A DNA stretch of 63,410 bases, filler included, from Octopus bimaculoides (lineage: Eukaryota): the NCBI RefSeq assembly GCF_001194135.2. It is 7 parts of 6 records of this genome, joined end to end, with 100 filler letters (N's around TTAATTAATTAA, not from the genome) between each part and the next. Parts side by side here need not be neighbours in the genome. Positions count along the whole stretch, not along the records: positions 21,414 to 50,407 come from NC_068985.1; 6 more parts are not named here. One strand, given 5' to 3'. The notes under the pieces are model-generated. The model saw only the letters and a list, made by a program, of their open reading frames with translations, did no database searches and was not told the DNA's origin. The position numbers and the translations under genes are program-made. Position 1 is the stretch's first letter; each line of letters begins with the position of its first letter. Shown piece by piece: positions 38,083 through 49,533 of the stretch.

Positions 38083-38118
38083 AGTATTTCTACGTTACAT
38101 AAGAATTTCGTTTTCAGC
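38083..38118 (+). CDS. Possible next exon (phase 0 to 0): SISTLHKNFVFS
   Basis: Acceptor acttgatttcag, donor AGC|gtatgc, phase-compatible with 37965. An alternative acceptor at 38117 also gives an open frame. Confidence 0.25.
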
Positions 38119-38714
38119 GTATGCTTCTCAGTATTTTGGTGACAAAATTCCCGAAGCCTTCCCATTTGGTTGATGTAGAATGGTATTTATGATTCTTGAC
38201 CGTTGATGGTATCGCTGCTGCTGCTTTTGTTATTGTTGATGTTTTATTAAAGTTACTTCTGTTACTGTATTTACTGTCATAGTGTTAGTGTTTCCTGTTG
38301 TTACTTTTGTCATATCTGTGCTCCTGGTTTAGCCATAGTCGGCGTTGTTGTTCTTGTTGTTGTGATAGTGTGGTAGTAGTGGGATTGAGTGTGTTGCTAG
38401 TTGACGTATATTATGTGCTGTTCCGCTTTTTTGTTTCTAAATTTCTTCTGCATTCCAAAGAGACCTCCTGCAACATGTTTTTTGTTCCATCCTCGTCGTA
38501 GCACAATGTTTTGAAGAAGACTTAGGCAAGTAGAAGTTGTTCGTCTGTGCTACAAGATGCACTCAATTATGAGTTCACTGCATCTTGTAGCAGAAAGAGC
38601 CTTAAGCTAATGAACTTCATAGGATAAGTGTTTATGCCTTTGTCATCTATTTCCTTATTACCTGCTCTGTATTTGACTAATGCTTTGTTCTGAAGCATAC
38701 ATATATTGAATTTT

Positions 38715-38749
38715 ATACCAAGTTATTAGTCTCGTAATGCCTAAGTGAA

Positions 38750-38797
<48 letters not shown>

Positions 38798-39080
38798 TGA
38801 TCTGTTCTTTTCTGATATCTGGATAGCTTACCTATTACTGTTATGATACACTTTTTCAACTTTTCTATGACTGTCCCAAATTCTTTCTCTTTGACTAAGT
38901 ATCTTTTCTCAAGAGAAGCTTTGTATCTTATGTTTCCTAACTTGTTCAGTTTCCAGGCTTCTATTCTACTCAGATCTTGTCTTAAAGTCTTCACTTTATT
39001 TTGTAATCTCCTTTTCTACATTTGCTCTTTTTTAATCTTTCATTGTGGAATACCTTATCTTCTAGTAACTACTACCTCTC
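38715..39080 (-). mobile_element. Dong/R4-clade LINE, pre-RT fragment
   Basis: RRLQNKVKTLRQDLSRIEAWK...LEKRYLVKEK...KLSRYQKRTDQY. It abuts (TAA)n at 39085. Confidence 0.7.
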
Positions 39081-39088
39081 CTACATAG

Positions 39089-39178
<90 letters not shown>

Positions 39179-39184
39179 CATTAT

Positions 39185-39345
39185 TTGAGCTCAGAACATA
39201 AAGATGGGTGAAATATTGGCAAGTTTTTTTCGCCAGGCAAAATGCTTAGCAGTATTTCGTCCGTCTTTACGTTCTGAGATAAAATTCCGCTTAGGTCAAC
39301 TTTGCTTTTCATAGCTTTCGTGGTTTGATAAAATAAGTACCCATG
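39185..39345 (+). mobile_element. SINE family B
   Basis: aaatgcttagcagtatttcgtccgtctttacgttctgag...tcaactttgcttttcat...ataaaataagtacc. Confidence 0.75.
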
Positions 39346-39554
39346 CAGGGGCACCACAATTATTTAGGCTTTTCTTGTTTTTTATTTAGTTATTTGGTTT
39401 AAAGGTTTATTCATGTTATTAGAGTAGTTAGAGTAGACAAAGCCATTCATCGGCAGAAATGCCAGTAGAATATGAAAGATAGATGCACAGATAGATAGAT
39501 TGCTTGATTAAGTGAGTGATTGATCGATTGATTACCCTTTCAATACTACCAATG

Positions 39555-40635
39555 TGAATTTTCACATCCTCACAAGAATCAAATGCTTCAGAAAATATTC
39601 ATTTTCATCATACAATTTTTATAATAACTGTGGAATTTCCCTTGCCACTGCCAGTTATTATTATTCTGCTTTGGTCCTATTAGGGCTGATAAGTACAAAC
39701 CAAGTACTGGAGTCAATGAAACTGACAAATTCTTGCTCCCCCTCTATATCACGTTTTGCCATCTCTACACAGCCTTCTATTGATATCAGTCCTCTTCCCT
39801 CCTCCTTCTGTGATAGGCATAATCTATCGACTCCATCTCCGGGATGTAGCAACATGTACATGGATATTGTCCACCTGGTTTTACAATCTACGTCTCTTAG
39901 TTCTTTCTAAGTCCAGTTACGGAAAATAACAGAATATCGTATCAGAGAAACCGCCCTCGTGTTTATTGCAGAGATGCTTTTCTCTCTATTCAGTTTTGAG
40001 TTTAGTACCGTTCTTTTTTTACTCTCCTGAGATATTCGTTTCTTGCCATCTCTTTCATTTCTTGAAAGTGGATTTTTATCTGCCTTAGTCACAGCTAGGT
40101 ACTAGTAACGGTCACCCTCATTCATTGCTCGGATCGATGTCTCATTTGGAAGTTTAATCCCTTCTGATTTGGGTATTTTCCCTCTCCTTATCACAAGCGT
40201 CGCACATTTATCTATTCCAAACTCCATACCACCACTCACAACTCTATCGGTCTTAACTAGTGAATCTAAGTTTTCTCACTTTTGGCAAATAATTTCAGGT
40301 AGTCCATAAGCAAGTGTTTATTTTCTCACCACTGATAAATTTGCTGTATGATTTAACCTCTCTTGAGGTCAATGTAAGAGGAATAAGAGCAACTACGAAT
40401 AGCAGTGGTGAGATTGTATCACCCTGGAATATTCCTCAACTTATGTTGATTTCACCTAACTTATCTTGACTTGATGTTTTTCATTTTGGTATACTATTTT
40501 GTAAGAGATAGACAATATTCTCAGCTATCCCAAACATATTGAGGCATTCTAGGATCCATGAGTGTGGCACACTATAATATGCCTTTTGGTAATCAATCTA
40601 TACCGTTGCTAAATTTTTTCTCTGCTCTTGGTGTC
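39555..40635 (-). mobile_element. Dong/R4-clade LINE, RT fragment
   Basis: GIFQGDTISPLLFVVALIPLT; LNSKLN..ISAINTRAVSLIRYS; LHPGDGVDRLCLSQKEEGRGLISIEGCV. Confidence 0.85.
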
Positions 40636-40655
40636 TCAGATGACATTTCTCGATC

Positions 40656-40687
<32 letters not shown>

Positions 40688-41159
40688 CTTATAATAATTC
40701 TTCTTTTCATTACGTTACTTAGCCCGTCGGTAACGCTTTCACGTGGTTAAAAGAAAGAGGGAGAGAGAAAAAGGGGATAAGGTGAAGAGTGAGGCAGAAA
40801 GAGAGAGAAAGAAAAAGGAGAGAGAAAAGACGGAGAGAGAAGCATCCGTGATATGTGGTAGGAGAAGGCAATATTTATTACGTGGTTAAAAAAGTTAGTT
40901 GAAGGTAGTGATGTAGAGGAGAGTTAGAAATATAATTCTGACAGAGGGATGATGTTCTGATGCTGAGATTAAAAAAAAAGCAGAGAGAGAGAGCGAGAGA
41001 GAGAGAGAGAGAGAGAAGGGGAGAGAGAGAGAAAGAGATGATGATGATGATGATGGTGGTGGAGGTGGTGAGAGCATGGAGAAAAGTAATTTAAAAGAAA
41101 ATTGAACTAAGATTTTATATCACCTCTCACTTAACGCATGCGCACTCCGAACTAGCCAC

Positions 41160-41883
41160 TCACCTTAGAAAGAAACTAGTTTGCCGTTCATCTGTCATTT
41201 GCAATGCCTATCAATAAATCACAAGGGCAGACATTTGATAGAGTGGGGCTGTTCTTGCTTGAACCATGGTCAGCTATATGTTGCATTCTCAAGGGCTTGC
41301 AAATTATACGATGTGAAAGTTAAAGTTATCAACACAGACAAACAAGGAAAAAGAACTTACATGAAAAACATAGTCAGCAAAGAAGTACTGGATTGAAAAG
41401 TATATGCAAATTGTAATGTGTATTGGCTCAGACTCATTGTCTTGGCTTATAAGCTACCAATGATGTGGTTTTTCAGAGTATTCCATGTTGCATTCAATTT
41501 TTATCTCCGTGAAATTGTGACCCCCTATATTTTACACATAAAATAATATTTTTACTATAAAATTTTTGTTTTCTAGATATGAAATTGTGACCATGTAAAT
41601 ATTAAAATGTAATTTTTTTCTCTTTATGGTGAAAATGGAAAAATAAGTGTGAATATTTATTTTATGAGTGCTGTGTATTAAGTCTATAAAATTGTGCATA
41701 AAGTATATAAAGTGTTTTAGGTAATCATCGTATTCTAATGTCCTTCACTTTTCAATGAATAGCAGATGAGCAGATGATACAGACACAACACAGGCTACAC
41801 TTCCAAGATTTTTGAATAAAGTTTTCAGGAATAACCCAATAGGTTTACTATTAATTCCGTGGAAAATTCATGGGTCCCGCTAG
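41160..41883 (+). mobile_element. Helitron 3' portion (helicase C-terminus, 3' hairpin and CTAG end)
   Basis: FAVHLSFAMPINKSQGQTFDRVGLF..NHGQLYVAFSR...NIVSKEVLD*. Hairpin ccgtggaaaattcatgg at 41857-41873, then CTAG (41880-41883) followed by T. Confidence 0.85.
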
Positions 41884-41902
41884 TAACAATTATAATAATT
41901 AT

Positions 41903-42120
41903 TAAGGCGGCGAGCTGGCAGAATCTTTAGCACGCTGGACGAAATGTTTAGCGGTATTTCGCTCGTCGCTACGTTCTGAGTTCAAATTCTGTCGAGGTTG
42001 ACTTTGCCTTTCATCCTTTCGGCATCGATGAATTAAGTACCAGTGAAACACTTGGGTCGATATAATCAACTAGTCCCCACCCCACAAATCTGAGGTCGTG
42101 TGCTTCCAGTAGAAAGGATT
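41903..42120 (+). mobile_element. SINE family B, well preserved
   Basis: aaggcggcgagctggcagaatctttagc...gtgcttccagtagaaaggattattatt. Confidence 0.9.
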
Positions 42121-43093
42121 ATTATTATTATTATTAGTAGTAGTAGTAGTATTAAATTTTATAATGATAATACAATTATTCAAATTTTAAAATTATTTAC
42201 GGTTACTGTACTTTCTTCATCATTATTATCATTGAATAAATCATCATCGTCGTCATCACCATCATCATCGTCTATTCTTCAGGCAATTACACTACTATAT
42301 TATTGTAAAAATTTCTTCTACATAATTTCATTTTGACAGAGTAACCATAATTGTTATTTCCAATCTGTTTTTTTTTAACAGACATTTGTAAACGTGAATA
42401 TATAGCAAGAAGAACACTCTTATGCATATGTGTGTGTGTGTGTGTGTTTGTATATATGTGTGTGTGTGCGTATATGTGTGAGGGTGTCTCTTTGAATGTC
42501 TATGTATCTGATGTCCCAGCTGTGTGCATATAAGAATACTTGACTGTGTCAACTTATTGGTATACTAATAGACACGAACTCATACATACGCATATATGTT
42601 TGTGTAAGTATATACACGTTTGTGTGCAAGTATATGGGTGGGATTTATATGCATTAAATGTACAGTGAGTACTGAAGCTTTGTGTGTGTGTGTGTGTGTG
42701 TGTGTGCACATGCGTACATGTGTGGAATTTAAATATGTACGTATGTATGTGGTCTGATGTCGAGCTGTGTATGTGCGCATGTATGTGTGCATATGTCTAT
42801 GTAATATGTGTAAATATTTTGTTTATTGTATGTGTAATATATACAGTGCGGTGTGTATGTCTTTTCTAAATATCTGTGTATATGTATATATGTACAATCT
42901 CATGTGATGCCATGTCTGACTGTGTATGCGTTTGTATATCCTTCTGCTTCGTTTGTATTTTTTATGTAATTTTCTAAACTTTGTTTTGTAACATCAAAAT
43001 GCTTCCAGCAAAATGGTCAAACAGTGGAATAAATAAAAAGTCTGATGAACATTTCCTTTTTTTTTTTCTAACTTACCTTCTAAATTTTCATAG

Positions 43094-43219
43094 ATGCTTG
43101 TATTCAAATTTTTGTTTTTATTTTTATTACTGTTTCATTCCTAGCTATTGTTCATTGTCAGCGTAGATTGGAAGATTCTGCAAATTTACAGATTTCTACA
43201 TTGGGAATTTCTATATTAG
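43094..43219 (+). CDS. Candidate exon encoding a TM-loop-TM segment (phase 1 to 1)
   Basis: ctaac branch plus polypyrimidine plus catag acceptor, donor TAG|gtatta. Translation: ACIQIFVFIFITVSFLAIVHCQRRLEDSANLQISTLGISIL. Confidence 0.4.
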
Positions 43220-44017
43220 GTATTAAATTATTGGTTCATTAAGTGTTTTGTTTCACTGCTATCCTGTATTGCCGAATAAGCCAGATTTTCTTTAGTCAAC
43301 CATTAAATATATCGATGGATATAAACCAATCACGATTCAAGGACTGGATTTTTTTTCTTACTGGAAATGGTGCGACTGTTCCTGGCTTTTCTGACATTGA
43401 AAATATTGTATACACAAACTAGGTGTTTACATCCATGGATACATACGATGCCGGTTCATAAATCTCTGTTTGATAGCAGAATATAGTATTTGTTAGATAA
43501 TCTTAACACTGATACTCCAACGTTAGAGTAGACAAGTATTATTTTACAGCTAACTAAACGGCTCTCCTTGATTTTAATCCAAATTATTAGACTTCAAACG
43601 CGCATCTAACGCATCTTTCAGCACCTGATGACTTTTTTCAAAAGTCCTTTCTCTCTTTTTCCAGCTTCCTGACGGCTCTGCTTCTTCTCTTCATATCCTG
43701 ATTCCATTGTCGCCAAAGATACTTCTTTTCAAGACCTCAATTTTGCAAACGTACGCTACCTCTTCTATTGCCACCAATGAGCTTTGCCCTAAATTCCTCA
43801 TGTACTTATTATTTTTGTTTTTGTAGCACACCCAGCTTTCCCTTCATATAACCTTTCTGACTCGACTCCAGAACACTCCCCAACATTCTGTTTGTCTGTT
43901 TATTGGCAACAGTCAGATAGGCATAGTTCATTATCTCTTTTAAAAGGCGATGTTCTCTAATGCTGTGGTCTGAAACCAGATCATGACCTCATACTGTCTT
44001 AATTCAGTACACACACA

Positions 44018-44056
<39 letters not shown>

Positions 44057-44149
44057 GCACACACACACGCACACACACACACACACACAACACATAATAT
44101 ATTTCTGCGCAATTTTTGCTAACAAGTCAGTGCTCAACTTGAGGCTATG

Positions 44150-44265
44150 GTAAAAATTACTTGCACAAGGTACAATCAAATGGGATCGAACCTGGAACTA
44201 TTCGGTTGCGAAGTTAACTTGTTAATCACGCAGCCATGCCTGCAGGTTTATGTATGTGTTGTCTG
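44150..44265 (-). mobile_element. SINE family A head, degenerate
   Basis: gggatcgaacctggaact...ttgcgaag...cacgcagccatgcctgc. Confidence 0.6.
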
Positions 44266-45139
44266 TATGGTGTATGTATGTAGCTTTGTTCATATTTATG
44301 TATTATCTATGCATGCTTCTATATCTGCGGACATCTGTAGAGAAAATTTTAATTAAGGATATATCAATGCAGACAATAAATACTGTTAATTCAGTTTCTG
44401 TATTACGAATATTTCATAAATTATTTATCTCAGATTGTCTCAAGTTATTAGTCACTTAAGAATATTTAGTATCTCATCGCTAGACTTTCAAGTGTCAACG
44501 ATTAATATGATTATATTTTATAATATAACAAATATTAATATTTAAATACATAATAAGAGCGGTGAGTTGTTTGGAATGGTGGAATATAGAGCTGGATGCC
44601 ATATATTATATAGTTTCATTTCTTGTATATTTCGACTTCCGTTGGTATTGTCTTATATTTGAATGCTCATAAAAGTACTTATCAAGGATATATATTATGA
44701 AATGGAGGGTTTGAATCCGCCAACTATATTCTAGTCCTACCGTTTATCTTATTTTACAAATTTGTGGTCTCGTACCTATGTGAAAAGATTATTGACTGGG
44801 TCTTTGAGTTTTCAGAAACGATATGTCAACTTACACTTCAGAAGTAGGAGTTGGTAAAATAAATACCAGTAGCGCACTGGAGACTACTCAGTTGACTGTA
44901 CGTGTCACCTACTGAACTGCGATTTATACTATTGTAAGAATTTCCCCTCCTTATAATTATTAACATTCCTCATCGGTGTAATCAGTATTAGGTAGAACCG
45001 ATATAGCAATAAATTAAATATTGTAAGGGTATTTCAATTATTATTTGTTTCTAATAAAAATTCAAAGTGTAAGCCCCTTTGAGTCGGCATTTGTTTCAGT
45101 GAACTCTGCACCATACCTGTGCCAATGTAAGAAATCATC

Positions 45140-45330
45140 GTGAGTTGGCAGAAAAGCCGGACAAAATGCTTTGCAGTATTTCTTCCACCTTTTTACGTTC
45201 AAATCACCCCAACGTCAACATTGTCTTTCATCCTTTCGGGATCGCTAAAATAAAGTACCAGTAAAGTAGAGGAGTTGATGGTATCGACTGATCTCTTCCT
45301 TAAAAATTGCTGTTCTTTACCTAAATTAAA
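45140..45330 (+). mobile_element. SINE family B
   Basis: gagttggcagaa...aaaatgctttgcagtatttc...tttcatcctttcgggatcgctaaaataaagtaccag. Confidence 0.75.
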
Positions 45331-46294
45331 AACCATTAACCAGGATTAACCTAGGTGAGTATTTTGTGTGTGTGTGCGCGCGCGCGTGTGAGCGTGCGTG
45401 TGTGTGTGTGCATGTGTGTGTATGTGTGTGTGTGTGTTTATTTTTATACATAACGATATGCATATATCTTATAATGCCCCACATTTGTGTATATTCATAA
45501 GTCCAAAATAATATATTATAAAATACCCACGCTTGAATAGAAGAAATATTTATAGAAACATAGCCCACAAACATACCCCCCCCCAAAAAAAAAACAAAAG
45601 GCTAAATTTTCTAAATAGTAATCAGATAACATCTAGAACAATTAACTCATAGCGAGAAATCTACTTCCCAACTAACCTTTACATCTACCTAAGAAAAAAA
45701 ATCCAGTCCTTGAATCGTGAACACCAAAGCGAAAGATAAACAAATTTCTATACTAACAATACATGACCTACAGCTGACGCACCTAAATCAATACACCTAA
45801 TCACAGAATTTTACATGCTTGATCGATAACCCCCACCTTCCCAAAGCATACCTGTTAAACCCCCAACAAGGAAATCTACTGACCAACTAACCTTCCCACC
45901 TGTTTACATTCGTTTGTGAACCCTAAAAACTGTATGACCTAAAAGCTGATATACTTAAACATACCTATTCACACAGGTTTAGTAGAATACCGTGAACTAT
46001 AACCTCTTCATTCCCCAAACAAAAAATTTAATTTTCCATTTACGTCTAAACCTAGTGACACATCTGCAAAGCAACTAATATTCTCACCCGTTTACGTTCT
46101 TTTGTGAACCCCTAAAAGAACAATTTCAACACTGACTTGTCACATCTACATAGACGGACCTAATAACAGAGTTCTATATGCATGGCTGAACAACAAAACA
46201 ACTCCAAATTTAATCAATAACATCTTCCATCACAACTTACCCTACAACCTAATCATTCAACACAGCTCCACCCACCCTCCAGAAAATTTTAACT

Positions 46295-46382
46295 GAGCAG
46301 AGACTATATAAAGCCCAAATGAACTCGAATGCATCACAATTCGATGATGGATTAGCAGACTGAAACTTCGAAGTCTCTGCTC
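46295..46382 (+). ncRNA. Degenerate PLE-type hammerhead-like motif within an 11-bp inverted repeat
   Basis: tcGATGA-T-GG-attagcaga-CT-GAAAC-TTCGAA-GTC-tctgctc, with a palindromic stem III and a GUC site. IR gagcagagact/agtctctgctc. Confidence 0.4.
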
Positions 46383-46384
46383 TT

Positions 46385-48330
46385 TTATTTAGGTTGATAG
46401 CCTCTTAGGTAGCAGTTTGAGTGTTGTGACGAGTGCATCATTTATCACAGGAACAAATGTTACCATTGTCTTCCAAAATCTCTTCATCTCTCTGGTTGCT
46501 TTCTGATATTTCTAAATTGTCTCAATCCCTTCGGTATCCAATCTATTATCATATGGTATTGCGATGTCTATGACGTTGCACTGTTTCTGTTTTCCTCTAC
46601 AACTATATCTCATTTTCTTGCTTCAATAGTATGGGCAGTCTTTACGGGAAAATCCAATAAAATCCTATAACTGTTATTCTCTACAAAGCCTATAATCATG
46701 ATTATACCACTTCATGCGCTTATACTATTGCTTTTGATAGCATATTGCTTTCATTTAAGAGATAGTTAATACTAGCGTCTCTTTTACTACAGATCATGCG
46801 TTTGCTCTCTGTCTAAGTTCGGTCAATATTTGCCTCCAAATTCGTTCTAATGGCTTGTTCTTGAATGACTACAATTAGCGATTCGGTTTCTCGTTTCAGG
46901 TTTTCATCTGCCAGCCGCAACCAACATTCTTTTCCAACATCCTTGGTTAGTGTATGAACTGGCCATGTAATTCCTACTTTCCACCACTTTGTCCTGTCGT
47001 TCTTCCTTCTGTTCTTGAATTCTCCTACTGTTTCAGTAAATTTTTGTGTATTTCTAGCCACCGATAATATTCTTTCTTCATTATTTACAACGTGTTTTAC
47101 AAACCTAATATCACAGTACTGATGATGTCTTCTGCGTTTAACAGACCTCTACCTTCCTCCTTTCTTGATAGTTAGAGCCTACGGATACTACTTCTGGGAT
47201 GGTGCACATTATGCATTGCCAGCCGCTTCCTATTTCTGTCTAATTCTTCCTTTTACAAAGGAAGCATAGTATCTTAAAACGGGTATAGATTACGTTTTCA
47301 TTCCTTTGATAATGTTCTCTCCTTCCCAGTTCTTCTCCAGTACTCTTTGGAGATTTTCTCTCTCGTTTCTTTTCCCATTATCTTACCATCTCCTAGGTAC
47401 TTGTACTTTTCCTAATTTCTCAGAGATTTAATGATGTAATCTTGTGGTAATTTTATACCAACATAGCTTATGCTTCAGCCTCACTTCATAATTAACACTG
47501 CACTCTTAACCAAACTGCATTCGAAATATCCTTGTCGAATGCTCTTTACGTTTGGACAAGACATTTTTTTTCTTTTTTCATTTACGTATGCAGTTTTGAG
47601 GTCATCCATAAATAACAAGAGATTTGTTTTTACTCTGGTTTTGACAAGCTCAGTAACAGACCTGAATTTTCTCAGTATGCTTGTCAGAGGGATTAACGTA
47701 ATGACAAAAAGTAATGAAGAAAGCGAGTTTCCCTGGAACATCCCTCTGCATATTTTCACATTTTCAGAAGATTAATTTGCGCCTGTTAGTTCTACTTCCC
47801 ATGACCTCCATTGCCTTTTTTTCAAAAAGCATTATTTTCTTCTCATTGATCTCGACTGTCCTCAGACTCTCCAAAAACCAATAGCGTGGAACATTATCGT
47901 AAGCATTCTCTTAGTCTACCCAGCCAAGAACTAACTTCTCTTTTCCTATTAGTACTTCACTTGATACCATATTATCCACATATATATAACAGCAACAGAC
48001 CACCAGTTTCCTTTGATTTCTTTCTTCATCCCTTTTGCTCCTCTAGTAATAGATTTTCCTCCTGAAACCAGAGACCAGTTAGTAATTTCTAGGGTAATGA
48101 TAAGCAAGTAACAGATCTATCGTTACTGACGTCTCCCCCCTTTTCTTTGTTCTGCATTAGCACTCAGCTTTATTTTGTCATTCATGTTAGCGTGCTATTT
48201 TCTATTCAGTCAATAAGAACTTGATGTTTATAGCCGTGAATGCTCGAGAGATTCTTAAGCTAGGAACTCTGAACTCCATCTGATCCAGAGGCTTTCCAAT
48301 TTGGCATTTTCTTAGGCATCTCTTTCACTG
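46385..48330 (-). mobile_element. Dong/R4-clade LINE remnant (RT to RLE endonuclease)
   Basis: RGMFQGNSLSSLLFVITLIPLT; LLLFMDDLK; LKRETESLIVVIQEQAIRTN; CNVIDIAIPYDNRLD..KYQK...FVPVINDAL. Confidence 0.85.
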
Positions 48331-48504
48331 CCTCATCTGTAATATTTATATACTCTCTTTTTCATTTTCACGTCAGTAATATTTACATTTTCATCATCAT
48401 CATCATCATCGTCGTCGTCATTGTCGTCGTAATCATCATCGTCATCATCATAGTCATCATCGTCGTCGTTGTTGTTGTTACTATTATTATCCGGCATATT
48501 TCCT

Positions 48505-48564
48505 GGCAGAATCGTTAGCAGGCCTGGCAAAATGCTTAGCAGCTATGTGCCTATAATAAAAAGG

Positions 48565-48620
<56 letters not shown>

Positions 48621-48807
48621 GCTAGGCGATATGCTTAGCGGTATTTCGTCTGGCGCTACGTTCTGAGTTCAAATTCCACCGAGGTCCACTTTGCCCTTCA
48701 TCCTTTCGGGGTCGATAAAATAAGTACCAGTTGAACACTGCGGTCAATGTAATCGACTCATCCCCTCTCCAAAAATTGCTACCCTTGTGGCAAAATGTGA
48801 ACCCATT

Positions 48808-48840
<33 letters not shown>

Positions 48841-49022
48841 GGCGGCGAGCTATGAGAATCGTTAGCACGCTGGTCGAAATGATTAGCAGTATTTTGTCCG
48901 TCTTTATGTTCTGAATTCAATTTCCGCCGAGGTCGACTTTGCCTTTTATCCTTTCGGGGTCGATAAATTAGGTACCAGTGAAACACTCCAAAATTTCAGG
49001 CCCTGTGCCTATTGTAGAAAGG

Positions 49023-49083
<61 letters not shown>
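48505..49083 (+). mobile_element. Three head-to-tail SINE family B copies separated by (TTA)n/(CAT)n
   Basis: An internally deleted copy at 48505, then full copies at about 48620 and 48838. The first and last end in aaaggattattatt. Confidence 0.85.
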
Positions 49084-49084
<1 letters not shown>

Positions 49085-49369
49085 CTGGCATATTTTCTAT
49101 ACTCCACCACTCCATTTGATTTCATTATAAGTGAAAAAAAAAATGGAATTTACAGATATTTTACCAGGATTTTCTTTCTTTCTATGCTTTATAATAGATA
49201 TTAAATATGTTTTAAAGCGTGAAAAAGTTGGGTGCTCAAAAATAAGGATGATGATAAATATCAATAGTAATAAGAATAATGATGACGTTGGTAAATATTG
49301 ATAATAGTACAGAAGATGACAATGATGATAATTGTGATGATGATAACTGTAAATTTTATTACTAATAGA

Positions 49370-49480
49370 AGGAGGAGGAGCTGGAGGAGCAGGAGGGGAA
49401 GAAGAAAAAGAAGAGGAAGAAGAAGAAAAGAAAAGAAGAGGAAAAAAGAAAAAAAATGAAGGATAGGAAGAAGGGAAAAC

Positions 49481-49533
<53 letters not shown>

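Noticed and set aside
43600-43900. Possible Tx1/L1 ORF2 remnant on the minus strand
   Set aside because: Only a vague compositional resemblance, with no diagnostic motif that I can verify.
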